Of a DNA stretch of 64,000 nucleotides, positions 1 to 12,292 are shown piece after piece. The position numbers and the translations under genes are program-made. Source of the DNA: Mytilus trossulus (taxonomy: Eukaryota). Within the stretch, counting starts at the first letter, position 1. Each line of letters starts with the position of its first letter. The stretch covers positions 14,942,001 to 15,006,000 of the forward strand of contig NC_086377.1 of NCBI RefSeq assembly GCF_036588685.1, given 5' to 3'. The notes below the pieces were generated by a model. That model was not told where the DNA came from and searched no databases. It worked only from the letters and a program-made list of their open reading frames with translations.

Positions 1-1397
1 GTTTTCTTTCTTTTATACACATGTATTTGAACATGATAATGATTTGAACAATTGGCAAACAAACTATACCGTTAAAAAAATGATATTGTATGAGATTTGA
101 TACTGAAAATGAACAAAAGACAATGACTGCAATAATTTATGCAATCTGAATGAAATACATGTCGAGGCTTCATTAAAAAGATGTGATTGTAAAAAAACGG
201 TCTTTTAACATACAGAATAAAAGCCGGGTATAATTAATGATTTTTTCTTAAAAAAAAATCGATATTTCTGGAGTCGACTGTTTAATTACCTTCGAAAACC
301 ATTGAAAAGCATACACACTATTGATTCAAATAAAAGGAAAAAATACGGTTCAAAAATAAAAAAAAAAGAGAGAATCAATGAATGTTTTAATAAGATTTGA
401 TGACCCTGAATCTAAGGTGTCACTGAAATAAACCACGCCAAAAGTGTATCGTTGAACTCTAACTTTAATAAAGCCTATGGTTACCATATCAAATATATTA
501 GTTGACGGTTACTTATAACTAGTGGTTAACATTGTTACCTAAATATTGCTCATTTATATCATAATTTTAATAGAAATAAGTCTATCCGTAAACACACACT
601 CCGAAATAACAACGCATATTTGCTTCTAGTTCCACTGTTTAGTTTTATGTAGACGAAACACATATCTGCTGTACCAAATGATATGCCTAGCATTTGTGAC
701 GATTCATTCGGTAAATTTTACCTCAATTTTCCTTTTTGAATATCAAATGACTTTCATAGAATTTGGAGAAAAGACTTGTATTAATTATCCATTTTTTTAA
801 GAAGGCTAGAACTCAACCAAATTATAAAAGTCAGAGGCTACTTTTCGTCTAAATTAATAAGTTATTTTCCCCCTTTAAACCTAGCTTTAATGTAAAACTA
901 TTTATTATTTAAATTCGTTTTATTCAGATTATTTGTACTCCACAAAAATGCTTACTCCTGTGCACAATTTTCATCGAATTGTTCTTATAACTTGTAGCAG
1001 GAAATTGTCAATTAGTCGACTCAAGTGTATTTACTTGAAAACTGTTAATCGACTACACATTTATAAGAAAGGGTTGCTAAATACTAATTATGTTTGAAAG
1101 TTCAATGATTTTTGTATTGACTATTGAATAAATGTTAGAGACTGTCAAACAAAAATTGAAATACCAGATCAAATTTCAAAGATCATTGTATTAAATATCA
1201 ATTCTCTTGAGAAATTAATGAATGACTGACAGTTAACATGGAGAGTCGAAAATTCGTTTCCAGGATAAATTGGAAGTATATTAAAAATAATACATTTCAC
1301 ATCTACAATACAAATGGCAACGGCCTATATTTAATTATGACAAGTAAATAAGTGATTAATAAGATGGAACTTAAATGTTATTGTAATTAAAGGTACA

Positions 1398-1625
1398 TAG
1401 TAAAATCACAAAAATACTGACTTAGAGGACAATCAATTCGGAAAGTTCATAATCACATGGCAAAATCAAATAACAAAACGCTTCAAAGACGAATGGACAA
1501 TGACTGTCATATTCCTGACTTGGTAGTGGCATTTTCAAATGTAGAAAATGGTTGATTAAATCTGGTTCTATAGCGCTAACCCTCTCACTTTAATGACAGT
1601 CTCATGAAATTCCATTATATTAACA
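1398..1625 (-). mobile_element. Interspersed repeat family B copy carrying a twister-like fold (1503-1600, P4 damaged)
   Basis: Near-identical to 11851-12095 and similar to 55265-55480 (AGTAAAATCACAAAAATACTGA...ACTGTCATATTCCTGACTTGGT...ATGACAGT). Confidence 0.8.
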
Positions 1626-3005
1626 TTGATTGACATGTATGTCCTTGTCAAAGTTGCCAAACTGGCAAACACGACGTAGTTTTAAGGTTGTCATTTGTTT
1701 TGCTATTAGTTGCAAATTATTCTTTATATTTAAAGTTGACAAAATCCCATTCTCATTCTCCATGTTCTCCAGCATAAATGTTATATGTGACGTATTTCTC
1801 TCAATAATGTCATTGTTTTAATTTAACATGTTTAATAATATTTAGGACTTAGTTATAATAATCAAAGGTACCTGGTTTATGATTTACTTCGCTTATCAAG
1901 CCAAAAAGGTACAAAACATAGTTGAAGAGCATTGGAGACCCCAACTTCCCCAAAATGACGATCTGGAAACTTTATTTTTATTCAATCAGTCTGCATGTTT
2001 TAGTCTTGTGAATTAATAGTTTTCTGTTTGTCTATTTCTTTGTTAAACATGGCGTTGTCATTTTCATTTCGATTTTATTTAGTTTGACTGTCCATCTGTT
2101 ATCTTTCGTCCCCCTCTTAAAATATGAATATACATATACATACTAAATAAATTGACAAGCAATAATGATTTCTAGGAACGCAGCTATATAAAATGTGAAA
2201 CATAAAAAGTTGGAACTGACAATTCATCTAATTTTTTGGAAGGGGATTGTCCTTCCTTCTTCACATGAAAGTCGACATAGTAGTGTGAACATTCTACCAA
2301 AATATACCATATAGATCTTGTTAAAACATTCTACGGTATGAGAGCTACCACAGAAAATGAACAAAAGACAAGAACAGCAGTTAATAATCTGAATAAAATG
2401 CATGCCCATACTGTATTAGCAATGATCTGATTAGAATCCGTTTTACTATTTTTGTAAAACGAAATGGTTGTCTAGCATATTGAAATATAAGCCGATATCA
2501 TTGGTGCATTTTTTTGGTTAAACAGATTGTGGAAAAACTGTTTGTTACCCAATTGTTTTTTGTTTTTATGTTTTCTGGAATCGACTGTTTAATAACGTTC
2601 AAAAGCATGGATAAACAAAATATCTTTTACAAAAAATCCACAGCAAATATTAACAACTAAGAGCAATCGTTACATTAACTTTGAAATAACCTATTTACTT
2701 TTTGACGATTACTAATAACTACAAATGTCAACGAGTACTGGAGTACTCGGGTTTCGGTCGGTATTACCGAGTACCGAGGACAAAAGTACACGAAATACTT
2801 GACTATTCGGTTCCCTGTAAGAATGTCTTTGCTTTCTAAAGCTTAAAATATGTTTATTGAGAGTGCCTACAACATGTACAAGGAAAATAAAAGTTAATCA
2901 AATATAATGAAAACTTGAATATGATTCGAATGTTTTCGTTTAACTGTCGTTTAAAGTTTCTCTTAAAAGAGAAAGGACATATGTGCCCAAAAGGAAAGCA
3001 TTGCC

Positions 3006-3890
3006 ATGCTGGACTTTTTAATTGATAATATAGTTGTTGAATTTAGAGGTGCGGTCTTCCAACAGACTATTGGAATCCAAATAGGTACCAATTGCGCTGA
3101 CCTACTTGCAGATTTGTTTTTGTATTCCTATGAAGCTGAATTTATCCAAGGGCTTGTACAGAAAGGAAAAAAAATAGCGCAGTCTTTTAATTTCACCTTT
3201 CGGTATATTGATGATGTACTATCTCTTAATAATTATAGATTCAGTGATCACTAACATTTAATATATCCAAGTGAACTTGAAATTAAAGATACCACAGACA
3301 AAGATAAATCTGTTTCATATTTAGACCTTTTTTTCGAAATAACTACTAATGGTAGGTTGAATACCAAAATTTATGACATACACGATGATTTTATTTTTCC
3401 TATTGTCAACTTTTCATTTCTGTGTTGCAACATCCCAGTAGCACCAGCATATTGTGTATATGTGTTTAAATTCACACGTTACTCTAGAGCTAGCTCAAAG
3501 TACGTTGAATTTGTTGAACGTGGAATACTGCTTTCTCAAAAGTTACTTAGACAGGGCTATGAATGAATCAAATTAAGGTCATCACTCAAGACATTTTACG
3601 ATCGCAATCATGAGCTGATTAGCCATTTTGATAAAAGCATGTCAGAAATCATATCTGATATTCTTTCTCAGTCATAACTACCTTCCATCATTCCCGAACT
3701 AAAATATAAATAACACGACGGCACAACGGGTGATGTATACGGTGCAGGAAATGCTTGCCCTTTCGAAGCACCTGATTTCACTCCCGGTTTTTAGTGGAGT
3801 TCGTGTTGTTTCTTATTTTTTATATATAACTGTTGATGTAAATGTCCTTTGGTTTTTTTAGTCTTTGTTTACTCCTTGGTTTTGATTATT
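3006..3890 (+). mobile_element. Penelope-like retroelement 3' fragment (degenerate RT C-terminal part plus 3' non-coding tail)
   Basis: ORFs 3006-3254 and 3357-3566 give FQQTIGIQIGTNCADLLADLFLY (GIPMG motif), RYIDD, TKIYDIHDDF and PAYCVYV, with in-frame stops. No GIY-YIG follows the RT. Confidence 0.85.
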
Positions 3891-4514
3891 GTTGTCTTAT
3901 ATCATAAATGTAATTACTTGTTCATTAGAAATCAGTCTATTTGTAAACAAACATCATGTTAAAAAAAATCTTTGTAAAATTATACCAGGCAAGGTATATG
4001 TCTATTTTCTTTAAACTTTGACAGTACATATGGTTAAAATGACGAACGATGGCCTTCACGTTGCTCATGTATCGTGCTGTTACACCACAGTCCTAGGCAA
4101 TTGGATTTTTCACCACTTAAAAATTGTTAGTCTAGTCCCAATCTGTATGTATCTGTCGCGATGTTAGTCTAGTACTATCCTGTATGTATCTGTCGCAATT
4201 CATAACACACAACTGCTACGTTGTGAAAAAGTGAAAAAGGACACGAAATTGAAAATTAAAGGGTTAAACATTTGAGTGTGATGGAACAACATGAAAGACA
4301 CAAGGAGGAGACTTCTTACTTATTAATGTCGTATCATGTGAAAAAGTGTCAACACCTTAGAAGGAATCATGCTCATTCAAGTTTACGATAAAGAAAGAGT
4401 TCGTCATAAAGAACGATATCGCCATTAATTTGTTAAGCATTCGTAAGATTTTTCTTATAAATTACACTAATATTCATTTGATATGACGGTAATCATGAAA
4501 CAGTCAAATATATA

Positions 4515-4740
4515 GAACAAAAATGTGTACATAGTACACGGATGCCCCACTTGCACTTTCATTTTCTGTATTTAGTGGACCTTAAAATTGGAGTCAAAAC
4601 TCTAATTTGGCATTAAAACTAGAAAGATCATATCATAGGGCACATGCACTAAGTTCATCAAAAACTACCTTGACCAAAAACATTAACCTGAACGGACGAA
4701 CGGACGGACGCACAGACCAGCAAACATAATGTCCCTCTAC
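4515..4740. mobile_element. Non-autonomous Helentron-associated (pearl/HINE-like) element fragment
   Basis: AACAAAAATGTGT..ATAGTACACGGATGCCCC start and an (ACGG)n-like tract at ~4692-4712, an architecture typical of bivalve HINE-like elements. Confidence 0.5.
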
Positions 4741-5793
4741 ACACACTGATTGTGTAGCAAACTTCATTGTGGTAAAATATCAGGGTCAGTAAACATCAGA
4801 GACCACACAGACACAAATTGTTCACTAGAAACCCAAGCATCCATAAACAAACAACATGTATAATGAATTCTCTGTAAATGAATACCAAACAAGGTATTTA
4901 ATAACTTCTCTAAAAGTTTGACAGTAATGTATTACATGTTTTAACAATAATACGAAGGATGTGCGGTAACCTATGGTTGTTAATTTTATGTCATATAGTC
5001 TCTTGTGGTCTTTTCTCGTTGGCAAATAAAAAAACATGTTCTTAATATTCTTATTTTTAGAAAACAAAACTGATGATGACTTTTTTTAAAGTAAATATCA
5101 AAGAAGGTATAAATCTATGTTTTTGATTATTTGACAAATTATTTTTGTTTTTATGTGAGGTTAACTCAGTGTCTGTTTATCCGAATATTTGTGTGTTCTG
5201 TACTGATCTTTTGAAGGCTTGGTAAAAAAAGTCTATGCATTTATATTTGTTTGTTCAATCAGCTTTCTCAGGTATAAGTAGTTATCCTTTGTTTTATGTT
5301 TGTTTTTTTAATTAGACAAATATTTCTATTAAAAATTATCCATAACATTTTGTTTCTCAATATACGCACATAACTGTTTTTCGCTTATTAAGAAAAGACA
5401 CTTGAATGTAAAAAAGGATAAAATCTTATATTTATTCTTCGTGTCTTTTAGTGTGTAATGAGCGTTTGCCTGATAAATTTTTTAGTGACATTGCAAAATC
5501 TAAATGTGAAATATAGCAGTTTCTCTAATTCTTCGTCAATTTATCCCTTTCTGCACCCATTGTATAAAAAAAAATAATCAATGTGTGGTTCATTTGATCT
5601 CAGAACTTCATTGTGTGAAATTCGGTTATGACGTCGAATTATCTTGCTTTCCTCTGAATTTCCTATTGTTACGGCATAAAAAAAAAGGTGACCGTGTCTG
5701 ATGAACTCACATAGAAAGAACACAGCTTTTTGCAGATTATTCGAAAAGAAGGAATAAGTTTGCTTGCATGATGTTAGCAAATCATTAGAGAAA

Positions 5794-5958
5794 CAGATTC
5801 CACCATCTAATCTCGTGTAATACGATAGTTATCCACTCTCGACAGTTAAATTTTAAATGTTTTAAACGCTCGTGCAATCCTCTCGTTTTAAATTTGAAAA
5901 TTTTACTGTCTCGAGTAGATAACTATCGTTTAACATTCGATGCAGTGGTAGAATCTAT
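5794..5958. repeat. Foldback (long imperfect hairpin) element
   Basis: ACGATAGTTATCCACTCTCGACAGTTAAATTTT mirrors AAAATTTTACTGTCTCGAGTAGATAACTATCGT. Apex CTCGTGCAATCCTCTCG at 5869-5885. Confidence 0.75.
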
Positions 5959-6774
5959 AATTATGCAAGAAACATATGCATCGAAAAAATATCATATCCT
6001 GCGTAGAAACAAAACATTAGGTGGTCATTTGCAGGTTAGGAAAATAACCACTAACTGGCACACGAAACACATTTTGTACAGGAAAAACATTCTGTACAAG
6101 AAAAGCATTTTTGATTTATACAATTTGCTTTCATAATATTTTCCACTAACTCGACTGTAATTCGACTAAATGAGCCACTGTGTTCGTAAGATGTATTTAA
6201 TCGCTTAATGTATGAATCGTACTATATCATGTATATGTAATAGAAAATTGCCTAACGCTTGAGGTGACTGGATCGTGATGAGCTGAAAGGTTACAATGCG
6301 ATTTTATTTCACTGAAAGCGTCTAGGAGCTGATGATCGATAATTTTGTGTAATACAAGTTCCTGCTTTGATGAATTTAACTGCAACTGTGAAATACTCCT
6401 GATCATATGCATTAATTCAGAATTAAATCAATTCAGGGTTGAAGGCATATTGGTTTACATATTAGGCATATGTTGTCAGATCGGCATCATGGCTGCACTT
6501 AAACACAATTTTGAAAAACATATCTAACAGGAACTGCTAATTTATGTGGTATGTGGTCTCTTGTGAAGATGTGTCTTATTACCAAACATACCTCATCTTC
6601 TATTTGTATTGAATTAGGATTTATGTTAGGTTACACTTTCATAGTAATGACAGGATTATAGAATGGCATTTCAAGACATAGAAAGAAATAAAGAAAGAAC
6701 ATAATTGATCTCAGAGTTAATACTTGGTTGAAATAAGAAGTTTTTATAAAATACATACATATGAATTTAATGTA

Positions 6775-7030
6775 CAGAAATTGTCGTTTGTTTATGTAAT
6801 TTAAACGTGTTTCTTGTTTCTCGGGTTTTTTTTATATAGATAAGACCGTTGGTTTTCCCGTTTGGATGGTTTTACACTAGTAAGTTTTGGGCCCTTTAAA
6901 GCTTGTTGTTCGGTGTGAGCCAAGGTTCCGTGATGAAGGCTGTTCATTGACCTATAATGGTTAACTGTTTTAAATTGTTATTTGGATAGAGAGTTGCCTC
7001 ATTGGCATTCACACCACATCTTCCTAAATC
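6775..7030. mobile_element. Abundant SINE-like interspersed repeat (family C 3' part)
   Basis: Matches 51390-51595 and shares the GTCTCATTGGCA..CATACCACATCTTC-like terminus with many copies in the window. Confidence 0.7.
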
Positions 7031-8856
7031 TATGAGTAAGCAATAATAATACTCTGAGTGGAGATTTTCTATGATTACCATTCCCAAGTTACACATTGCT
7101 CAGAGGTGGTAAACACCTTTAATGCATGTTCCAATGACATATAAGTTTAAATGTTACACGATCATCATCTTTGTTAAAGAAAACAGCAATTGCTAATCTG
7201 CAGATGAGGATGTTAGCATTGGTATTGTTCCATAAAAAAGGTACCATATGTGAAAAAACAAAACTTAACAAAAGTTAGTTCAATATACTTGTAGTGTACA
7301 CGTAGTTTTTGAAATGGAAGGAAAGATATTTTTTCTCGCTGCACTGAAGTTAAAGATATAGCTTACATATAATTGCAATACAGTGACAAAATAGTGATAT
7401 GGACAATTTCAGAAAGTACATGTACATCTTCAAAATTAATGCATTTAAGTGACAATGTTTCTTCCCGCGGGATATGCCTTAGACCATTGACTGAAGAACA
7501 TAATGTTCTTCATTTCCTTTAATTTATTGTCTCCTCGTACGTTTGTCAAAAGCAATGTGTGGTGTCTGAATTTAGATTAACATGTTTTTAGTATCAGATC
7601 GATATTATGGGTCCAGTAATTTCCATTTTGTTTAAATTAATAGTAGCTATGTGTTGTTACCCAATTTAACTAAGTATAGCTACACTTAGATCACAACTTC
7701 CGTCACCAACTATATGAAAACTGTTTCTTTTTTGTTTTATATTTCCCAACTTTTTTAGATCAATGAACACATTTGGTTCTCGACTAGCATTCAGCAATCT
7801 CTACGAATCGTCTTGTTTGTGATATTTGATTTTAATTTCGTGAAAATAACAGGAAAATCGTGATATATTTCTGTTTAAAAGTAATTGCTGTAGTTATTTA
7901 GAAGTTTCTGATAAGCATTTTACCTTGAAATTTTTTAAACAAACGGTGCATAACAAAACATTTAAAACAAAAACTAATATGATAGACAAAAGTCAATAAC
8001 AAATACCGATTTACAGGCCTTAATCTTAAGAAACCATATAAATAATGTTTAAAAGTGCTAAACCCTCTTCATAATTTAGGACAGTGATGTAACATTAGGT
8101 ACTGAATAACATTATCTTAATCTAGAGCCATATTTACTATACACATCTGTACACTACGTCTTGTAAGGTTTTAAATGATTATTTAAGGGCTATACACATA
8201 TCAAAAGTAAAATCTTACCGTAAAAGCGTATTTAAAGTCTTTGTTTTGATCTCTGGCCTAGATTTGGTATAAGTAAATTGGATAGTATTGATCATGTCCC
8301 CAGACATATATGCTACTTTTAGATTTATGATAAAGTACAAAGAATCGACGACTCATTAATATGTAAAAGAAGGATGTTTAAATTGCTACCAGGATTGTCA
8401 AATAAAATATCTGATTCAGATGTCTGGCCTATTAAATGAAGTTATATATGTTTTTTTATTAACCAATAGAACATAAGAACAATTTCATCTAATTTGCATA
8501 TTATCATTGTTATCACTGTAAAATATTTATTATGTCAAAAATGTATTTTCACTTCTAATCTAACAAATTCAACTACCTGTGTAAAACAAGTACAAGCGTC
8601 TGGGCAGACTTTTTATCCATTTAACTTTGCAATATAGAGAGAGGACAACAAAGGTTACAATTGTCTCTTTTATGATATACATATCATGCATATGGCTTAT
8701 TGATAATTTATGTCACAATGCTTATCAATAATAGGCGAGAAATCTTTGAAAAAATAACAAATTTTGACCCTCATGGAATTAAACATAATAAATTACTCTA
8801 ATTCGTATTTGTGGAAAAATCAGCATTGTATTAAAACGTAAAAAAGTAATAATTAT

Positions 8857-9250
8857 AGTATAACTAATCGCCGTATTTGAATATCAAAAATAAGACAACG
8901 CGTTACCGAACGACGCATGGATTAAACGAGTGCGCAGCACGAGTTTAATCCATAGCGGCGTTTGGTCACAAGTTGTCTTATTTTTGATATTCAAATACGG
9001 CGATTAGTTATACTTTTTATTACATTGGCTAATAGCTTTTTTTTAATGAAATTAATGTAGAAAATGTAAGGGACTATATGTGTTTCCTACGCATTCACAA
9101 TTTGTTTTGATCCGACGTTATCGACGTCTTGACAACGCCTATTGTTGTATGACGTCAGAGAGTGAAATAACCACGTTTATTTCACATGTGAAATTATCGG
9201 TTTTTATCCAACTGGGAAATCAATGTAATTCATTGCAACCAATGTAATAA
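8857..9250. mobile_element. Cruciform element: 158-bp near-perfect hairpin (8857-9014) plus a block bounded by a short inverted repeat
   Basis: AGTATAACTAATCGCCGTATTTGAATATCAAAAATAAGACAAC is mirrored exactly at 8972-9014. TTATTACATTGG (9017) and CCAATGTAATAA (9239) form an inverted pair. Confidence 0.8.
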
Positions 9251-10529
9251 CTTAAGATAACACACAGACACAAAGCTGTTCACTAGAAACCAGCGCATTC
9301 GTTAACAAACAACATTTATAATGAATTCTGTGTAAATGAATACCAAACAAGGTATTTACTCATTTCCTTAACAAATTGACGGTAACCTAATACATGATTT
9401 TTCAAACGTTTTGAAGGCCGTACGGTGACCTCAAGTTGTAATTGTTTATGTTATTAAGTCTTGTTGTTTGTCTCGTTGTCAATTAATAATATATGAGTAT
9501 TCTTCTTATTTTTACAAAAACAACATTCATAATGACTTCTTTGAAGGGGAATAACAAAAAAGGTATTAATCTATTTTTCAAAAGGAGTAGGTTCGATTTT
9601 GGCCTTAAATTTCAAATTCATCTGATGAATATTTTAACCACTTGTTACTGGTACTATTCCATCCCAAATACATGTATTTGGTTTTGATGTTATATTAGTT
9701 AATCTCATTTGATTTTGTCTAATGCTTTGTCCATTTCTGTGTGTTACATTTTAATGTTGTGTCGTTGTTCTCCTCTTATATGTAACATATTTAATGCGTT
9801 TCCTTCAGTTTAAGTTTGTTACCCCGATTTTGTGTTTTGTCCATCTATTAACGAGATTTGAACAGCGGTATCCTACTGTTGCCTTTATTTAAACACTGAG
9901 GTGTTAATCGCAATTGATGCAATTAGTTCGTGTAAAAATTTGAACTGATTTAGTCAGTAAAGCCTGAATATGAAAAGTCTATCAAATATGCCACAATATG
10001 TCACTTTTCAGAAGGTCCTTTTCAAAAATGAACGTGGCTGCATCCTTGTTCACTCCTAATATTTATATATGTCAGGTAGTATCATCAAGTAAAACTTAAA
10101 TATCACGAATGGACACATTTGCGGCCACTTTCATTTATGACATAAACCGCTTAAAGTTAAACTTAAATGCTAAAATTGTGAATGACGCTAGTACCGGATA
10201 TATGTGCATTGTTATGTAAAAAAAAAAACCCATCTTTATGCAGAAGTATTCTACTTTCCAATAAATAGCTAAAAATTTACATTTTAACAATTCTGTAAAA
10301 CTGTTAAATGTTTTGGCCACTCCTTTCACAAAATACTTTGGTCTTTCCGATGAACATAACTCGGTGCATGTTTGCCCTAATGTTTGTTCTTTAATGTAAC
10401 TGTGCTATGCAGGCTATGTTAAAAAAAATGAAACATAATTGTTATTTCTATCATTCAGCATTCCAGTATGATATAAGTAGCTATCTTTTATTTGATTTTT
10501 TTTTCTCAAATGAAATGTCATATTGTTAC

Positions 10530-10836
10530 AATAGTTATCAAATGTACCAGGATTATAATTTAGTACGCAAGACGCGCTTTTCGTCTACATAAGACTCATC
10601 AGTGACGATCATATCATATTTATAAAACCAAACAAGTACAAAGTTGAAGAGCATTGAGGATTCTAAATACCAAAAAGTTATGCCAAATACGACTAAGGTA
10701 ATCTATGCCTGGGATAAGAAAATCCTTAGTTTTTCGAAAATTCAAAGTTTTGTATACAGGAAATTAATAAAAAAAAATAACCACATTATTGATATGCAGG
10801 TCAACACCGAAGTGTTTACTACTGGGTTGGTGATAC
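10530..10836 (-). mobile_element. Retrozyme-like element with minimal type I hammerhead (10564-10607)
   Basis: The reverse complement reads CGTCA-CTGATGA-GTCT TATGT AGAC-GAAA-AGCGCG-TC-TTGCG. The body matches 45853-46150. Confidence 0.8.
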
Positions 10837-11850
10837 TACAAAGTCCACTTTAAGGGACGTTTATCCGCTTTATCCTTAGCACACTACTAGTATGTTGTAA
10901 ATACATGTGATAAGAACACGTAACAGAAATTTCAGTGCGTCGACGTCACGGAAATAAGTATCAGAGAAATAACTCAAATAAAATTGTCTAAATCACATTC
11001 AGCACTATTGTATATAGTTTCTGCATTTAAAATTAGTTTAAATAACCAGTTCCATGTTACATATTGCTCAGAGGAGGCAAACACCTTTATACATGTTCCA
11101 GTAACATATAGGTTCTATTTTTTAATTTCATACAAACCAGTACAGTTGCTAATCTTTAGATAAAAGTGTTGATATATGTATTGTTCCATTAACACATTAT
11201 AAAGTTACTTTTACAATAGAATGTGTTTGCAAGAAAACAGGTCCCTGGGCGTAAAAATAAGCCCCTTAACCCATTCTTTTTATTATTATTTTTTACAATA
11301 CCTACATTTTGGCACATTTTCAAAAGATTATTTGGACATCAATTTAGATACCACCTCTATCTCAATAGTATTTTGATAGAAAATGATACAATTCCGTAAT
11401 GGCATGATTAGGTTTTTCATTACTAAATATGATTTCAACATTAATTTATGTAGTTTTTAATATTGACTTATGTTTATTTTGGTTAATGTTATAATGTTGC
11501 ATTATTTCATTTTATCCTTCATTAGGGTGTTTTACTATACAGATATCGCCATGCCAACTGCCGGACTGAGTTTTGTATGAACCTGCGTGACCTCAGAATT
11601 TGTATTGCAATCGCATTCCAATGACGTACTAATTGCGACTTAACGATTACTTTTATATGTTCTGTTTGTTTTCAAACATTTCTTTAGAGCAATAAGAATC
11701 ACGACTATTGTTTGATAACATAAATACATGAACAACTATCGATTTAAAACCTTGATCATTATAAAATGAAATCCATCCTGTGACACGAAACATATCGACA
11801 TCAATCATCTACTTTTGTTTCAGGCTTAAGTTTTGTCTTCCCTCCTATCA

Positions 11851-12095
11851 AAAAGTAAAATCACAAAAATACTGAACTCAGAGGAAAATCAATACGGAAA
11901 GTCCATAATCATATGGCAAAATCAAATAACAAAACGCATCAAAAACGAATAGACAAGAACTGTCATATTCCTGACTTGGTACAGGCATTTTCAAATGTAG
12001 AAAATGGTGGATTAAACCTGTTTCTTTAGCGCTAACCCTCTCTCTTTAATGACAGTCTCATCAAATTCCGTTATATTTACATGATGCGTTAAATA
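11851..12095 (-). mobile_element. Interspersed repeat family B copy
   Basis: Matches 1398-1625, 18250-18387 and 55265-55480, and in the opposite orientation 14484-14597, 21800-22025 and 27070-27190. Confidence 0.8.
11959..12056 (-). ncRNA. Candidate twister-like ribozyme, P5-type permutation
   Basis: RC: ACUGUCAU..GAGAGAGGG-UUAGCGCUAA..GGUU-UAA-UCC-ACC-AUUUUC/GAAAAU-G-CCUG-UACCAAGU-CAGG-AAU-AUGACAGU. This matches the twister element order (UAA, P2, RC, P3, P4 with 8-nt loop, GAGG). Confidence 0.6.
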
Positions 12096-12292
12096 AACAG
12101 TCACGATATGAACTCATTTGAAACATAGAGCTCTCAACAATTGGCCAAAACCATACCTTTACGTTATTATGTTAAAAAAATGCACAAACATGAAATCTTT
12201 TGCCGGCATTTTATTATACCAGGCTTTACTTACAAGTATCTGACTTACATGTTAATCCGTCCAAAGTGATTTTCATAAAAAGACAGTTCCTT

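Noticed and set aside
6227-6527. Short ORFs with protein-like composition, possibly a transposase remnant
   Set aside because: No recognisable motif, and they cannot be supported without a database search.
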